DNA of 27,934 nt, from UHGV virus genome UHGV-0188207; one strand, given 5' to 3'. The position numbers and the translations under genes were made by a program. Source of the stretch: a virus. Shown here piece by piece: positions 25,493 through 27,934 of the stretch (within the stretch, counting starts at the first letter, position 1; every line of letters starts with the position of its first letter). The notes under the pieces are model-generated. The model saw nothing but the letters and a program-made list of their open reading frames with translations, searched no databases and had not been told where the DNA came from.

Positions 25493-26910
25493 GCACAAAA
25501 TTTTATACCCTGCTGACGGATATTGGCGCGGCGAAACTTGCCAGCGCCGCCGCGCTCGGTGTGCCGCTAAAAATTACCCATATGGCGGTGGGCGATGGCG
25601 GCGGAGTATTGCCAACGCCGGACGCAAAGCAGACGGCACTGGTAAATGAGAAACGCCGGGCTGCGCTGAATATGCTTTATATCGACCCGCAGAACAGCAG
25701 CCAGATTATTGCTGAACAGGTGATCCCTGAAAACGAGGGCGGTTGGTGGATACGTGAAGTGGGCCTGTTTGATGAGTCCGGGGCATTGATTGCCGTGGGC
25801 AACTGCCCGGAAAGCTATAAGCCGCAACTGGCTGAAGGCAGCGGGCGCACCCAGACCGTGCGCATGGTGCTGATTACCAGCAGTACGGACAATATCACCC
25901 TGAAAATCGACCCTGCTGTAGTGCTGGCAACCCGTAAATATGTGGATGATGAAGTCCTGGAATTAAAGCTGTATGTGGATGACCAGATGAGAAACCACAT
26001 TGCCGCACAAGATCCTCATACCCAGTATGCGCAGAAACATAATCCGACATTTACCGGAGAACCAAAAGCGCCGACGCCTGCAGCAGGAAATAACACCACG
26101 CGGATTGCGACCACTGAGTTTGTTCAGGCCGCTATTACTGCTCTGATTAACGGTGCGCCAGCCACGCTGGACACACTGAAAGAAATTGCCGCAGCCATTA
26201 ACAATGACCCGAAATTCAGTACCACCATTAACAATACGCTGGCACTAAAAGCACCGCTGTCGAGTCCGGCACTCACCGGAACGCCAACAGCACCTACTGC
26301 GGCACAGTCGGTCAACAATACACAGATTGCCACTACAGCTTTTGTGAAATCAGCGATTGCAGCAATGGTGGGTTCTGCACCTGCGGCACTGGATACACTG
26401 AACGAACTGGCGGCGGCACTGGGGAATGATCCGAACTTTGCCACGACAATGCTTAATGCGCTGGCAGGTAAACAACCGCTGGACAATACGCTTACCAATT
26501 TGAGTGGAAAGGATGTAGCTGGTCTTCTCGCATACCTTGGTTTGGGAGAAGCAGCGAAACGGGGGGTGGGAACAGGGGAAAATCAGATACCGGACATGGC
26601 TTCTTTTGCCAGTGGTGATGGATGGATGAAATTACCAAACGGTAAAATTCTGCAATATGGTCGAGGTGAGGCTATGCCGAAATTATCGACGCAAACAATG
26701 AGGATTACATTTCCTATCCCTTTCCCTAAAAAAGCGGACTGCGCCATTCTTACCCATTCTGGTGATGGCGGTGCGCATTTAGGCGCTGGGCGAGGGTTCG
26801 TGATGACTGCAGAAGGCCCAACGTTAACCGGCTTTAATTCTGCTTACAGAACGTCATCAACCAGCGACACGGTATCTATGCATTACAGTTGGTGGGCTGT
26901 TGGTGAGTAA
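25489..26910 (+). CDS. H: Tail fibre protein gpH
   Basis: 473-aa ORF with conserved N-terminus MSTKFYTLLTDIGAAKLASAAALGVPLKITHMAVGDGGG..., two internal approx. 55-aa repeats and a divergent C-terminal region. Confidence 0.85.
   Translation: MSTKFYTLLTDIGAAKLASAAALGVPLKITHMAVGDGGGVLPTPDAKQTALVNEKRRAALNMLYIDPQNSSQIIAEQVIPENEGGWWIREVGLFDESGALIAVGNCPESYKPQLAEGSGRTQTVRMVLITSSTDNITLKIDPAVVLATRKYVDDEVLELKLYVDDQMRNHIAAQDPHTQYAQKHNPTFTGEPKAPTPAAGNNTTRIATTEFVQAAITALINGAPATLDTLKEIAAAINNDPKFSTTINNTLALKAPLSSPALTGTPTAPTAAQSVNNTQIATTAFVKSAIAAMVGSAPAALDTLNELAAALGNDPNFATTMLNALAGKQPLDNTLTNLSGKDVAGLLAYLGLGEAAKRGVGTGENQIPDMASFASGDGWMKLPNGKILQYGRGEAMPKLSTQTMRITFPIPFPKKADCAILTHSGDGGAHLGAGRGFVMTAEGPTLTGFNSAYRTSSTSDTVSMHYSWWAVGE
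26525..26550. promoter_or_regulatory. Candidate DNA-invertase crossover site (hix/gix-like 26-bp imperfect palindrome) inside gene H
   Basis: TTCTCGCATACC-TT-GGTTTGGGAGAA; half-sites match each other at 10/12 positions and resemble the hix/gix core (AAACC..GGTTT) as I recall it. Confidence 0.35.
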
Positions 26911-26930
26911 TTTTATTCAGGGTGATTTAT

Positions 26931-27374
26931 ATGAACGAATATGTTTATAGTGCCAGGCATAATGCTTTTTTCCCTGTGAATATGATTGATAAATATAAAT
27001 CAGTAGGATGGGATTTATCAGATGCTAAGGAGGTGAATCAAAATATTGTCAGTGAGTTTATGGCTGAACCGCCACAAGGAAAAGTCCGTATTACCGGAGA
27101 GGATGGACTACCTATGTGGGCAGATATTCCTCCACCTACTCATGAAGAGCTTATTGAAATTACTGAATCAGAAAGACAGCTACTAATTAACCAGGCCAAC
27201 GAATACATGAACAGTAAGCAATGGCCCGGTAAAGCCGCTATTGGTCGTCTGAAAGGTGATGAACTGGCGCAATATAATTTGTGGCTGGATTATCTGGACG
27301 CACTGGAGCTGGTCGATACTTCCGGTGCGCCAGATATTGAATGGCCTACGCCTCCGGCAGTTCAGGCCAGATGA
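26931..27374 (+). CDS. G: Tail fibre assembly chaperone gpG (Tfa)
   Basis: ORF MNEYVYSARHNAFFP... with C-terminus LVDTSGAPDIEWPTPP typical of Tfa proteins. Confidence 0.75.
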   Translation: MNEYVYSARHNAFFPVNMIDKYKSVGWDLSDAKEVNQNIVSEFMAEPPQGKVRITGEDGLPMWADIPPPTHEELIEITESERQLLINQANEYMNSKQWPGKAAIGRLKGDELAQYNLWLDYLDALELVDTSGAPDIEWPTPPAVQAR

Positions 27375-27934
27375 CATCCGGCGCTGTGCTGGTATCTGTT
27401 GCCGTCACCGCGTCAATGTAATCCAGCACAGCGTTAAGGCGGGTTGTTTCTGCCTGCGTCAGCTTCCGTCCGGCCTGTAATTTCAGTTGAATCAGACTGA
27501 TGGAGGCCATTGCAGTATCAATCAGCGACTGTCGCTGTGCTTCTGCTGCATCTACTGCTGCGCCGTGCTGTGCCTCGGTATCTGTCACCCATTTCTCACC
27601 ATTCCATTCATCGTATGGCGTTAACGGGGCGATAGTGGTTGTATTTTCAGGATAATCACCCGGAGCTGTGATTTCTTTCGATTCTCCTGTTTCGATGCTA
27701 TAGACGATTTCACCGCGATGATCTGGCACATATTCCCATGAATTTAAATTCACAGAACGACAGATTGCATAACCAACCTTATGTATGCCTGGTGCATCAA
27801 GACAGGAACATGCCGGAATACCGACACCAACAGCAAGATATTCAGTTGACGTGGAAATATATTCCCGTGTTTCACCATCGTAGTTATAAACGGTAACATC
27901 CCCTGCCTTTGTTGCAATAAGGTCACTATTTAAT
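27346..27934 (-). CDS. Second tail fibre assembly protein (Tfa') in inverted orientation; 5' end runs off the window
   Basis: Minus-strand frame is open from the window edge: ...YNYDGETREYISTSTEYLAVGVGIPACSCLDAPGIHKVGYAICRS-NLNSWEYVPDHRGEIVYS...DTSTAPDVIWPELPEA, resembling lambda-type Tfa; the in-window start of the track ORF (27753) is probably not the true start. Confidence 0.65.
   Translation of the reverse strand, partial: LNSDLIATKAGDVTVYNYDGETREYISTSTEYLAVGVGIPACSCLDAPGIHKVGYAICRSVNLNSWEYVPDHRGEIVYSIETGESKEITAPGDYPENTTTIAPLTPYDEWNGEKWVTDTEAQHGAAVDAAEAQRQSLIDTAMASISLIQLKLQAGRKLTQAETTRLNAVLDYIDAVTATDTSTAPDVIWPELPEA

Overview
This window is the left end of a P2/186-like (Peduovirus-type) prophage, preceded by a gmd gene fragment truncated by an IS3 copy. 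All calls come from reading the translated ORFs and the DNA by eye; no database search or computation was run. The prophage junction (1834-1878) is a 45-nt copy of the 3' end of the tmRNA gene ssrA with no ssrA body, followed by a membrane-protein cargo gene, integrase and CI repressor on the minus strand. The early lytic operon runs rightward (Apl/Cox-like, CII-like, small ORFs, TraR/DksA zinc finger, Dam-like methylase, replication initiator A). An AT-rich accessory region (about 10.1-14.2 kb) lies between gene A and the portal gene and contains a LexA box with a small ORF, a 322-aa minus-strand protein, a cos-like sequence, and the most interesting item: a translationally coupled operon encoding a HipA-core-like kinase and a protein with a HIRAN-like C-terminal domain (12557-14208). 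I do not recognise this pair as a described system and propose it as a candidate phage-defence or toxin-antitoxin module. The rest is a canonical late region (Q, P, O, N, M, L, X, lysis cassette, R, S, V, W, J, I, H, G), ending in convergent tail-fibre assembly genes that suggest an invertible tail-fibre switch.
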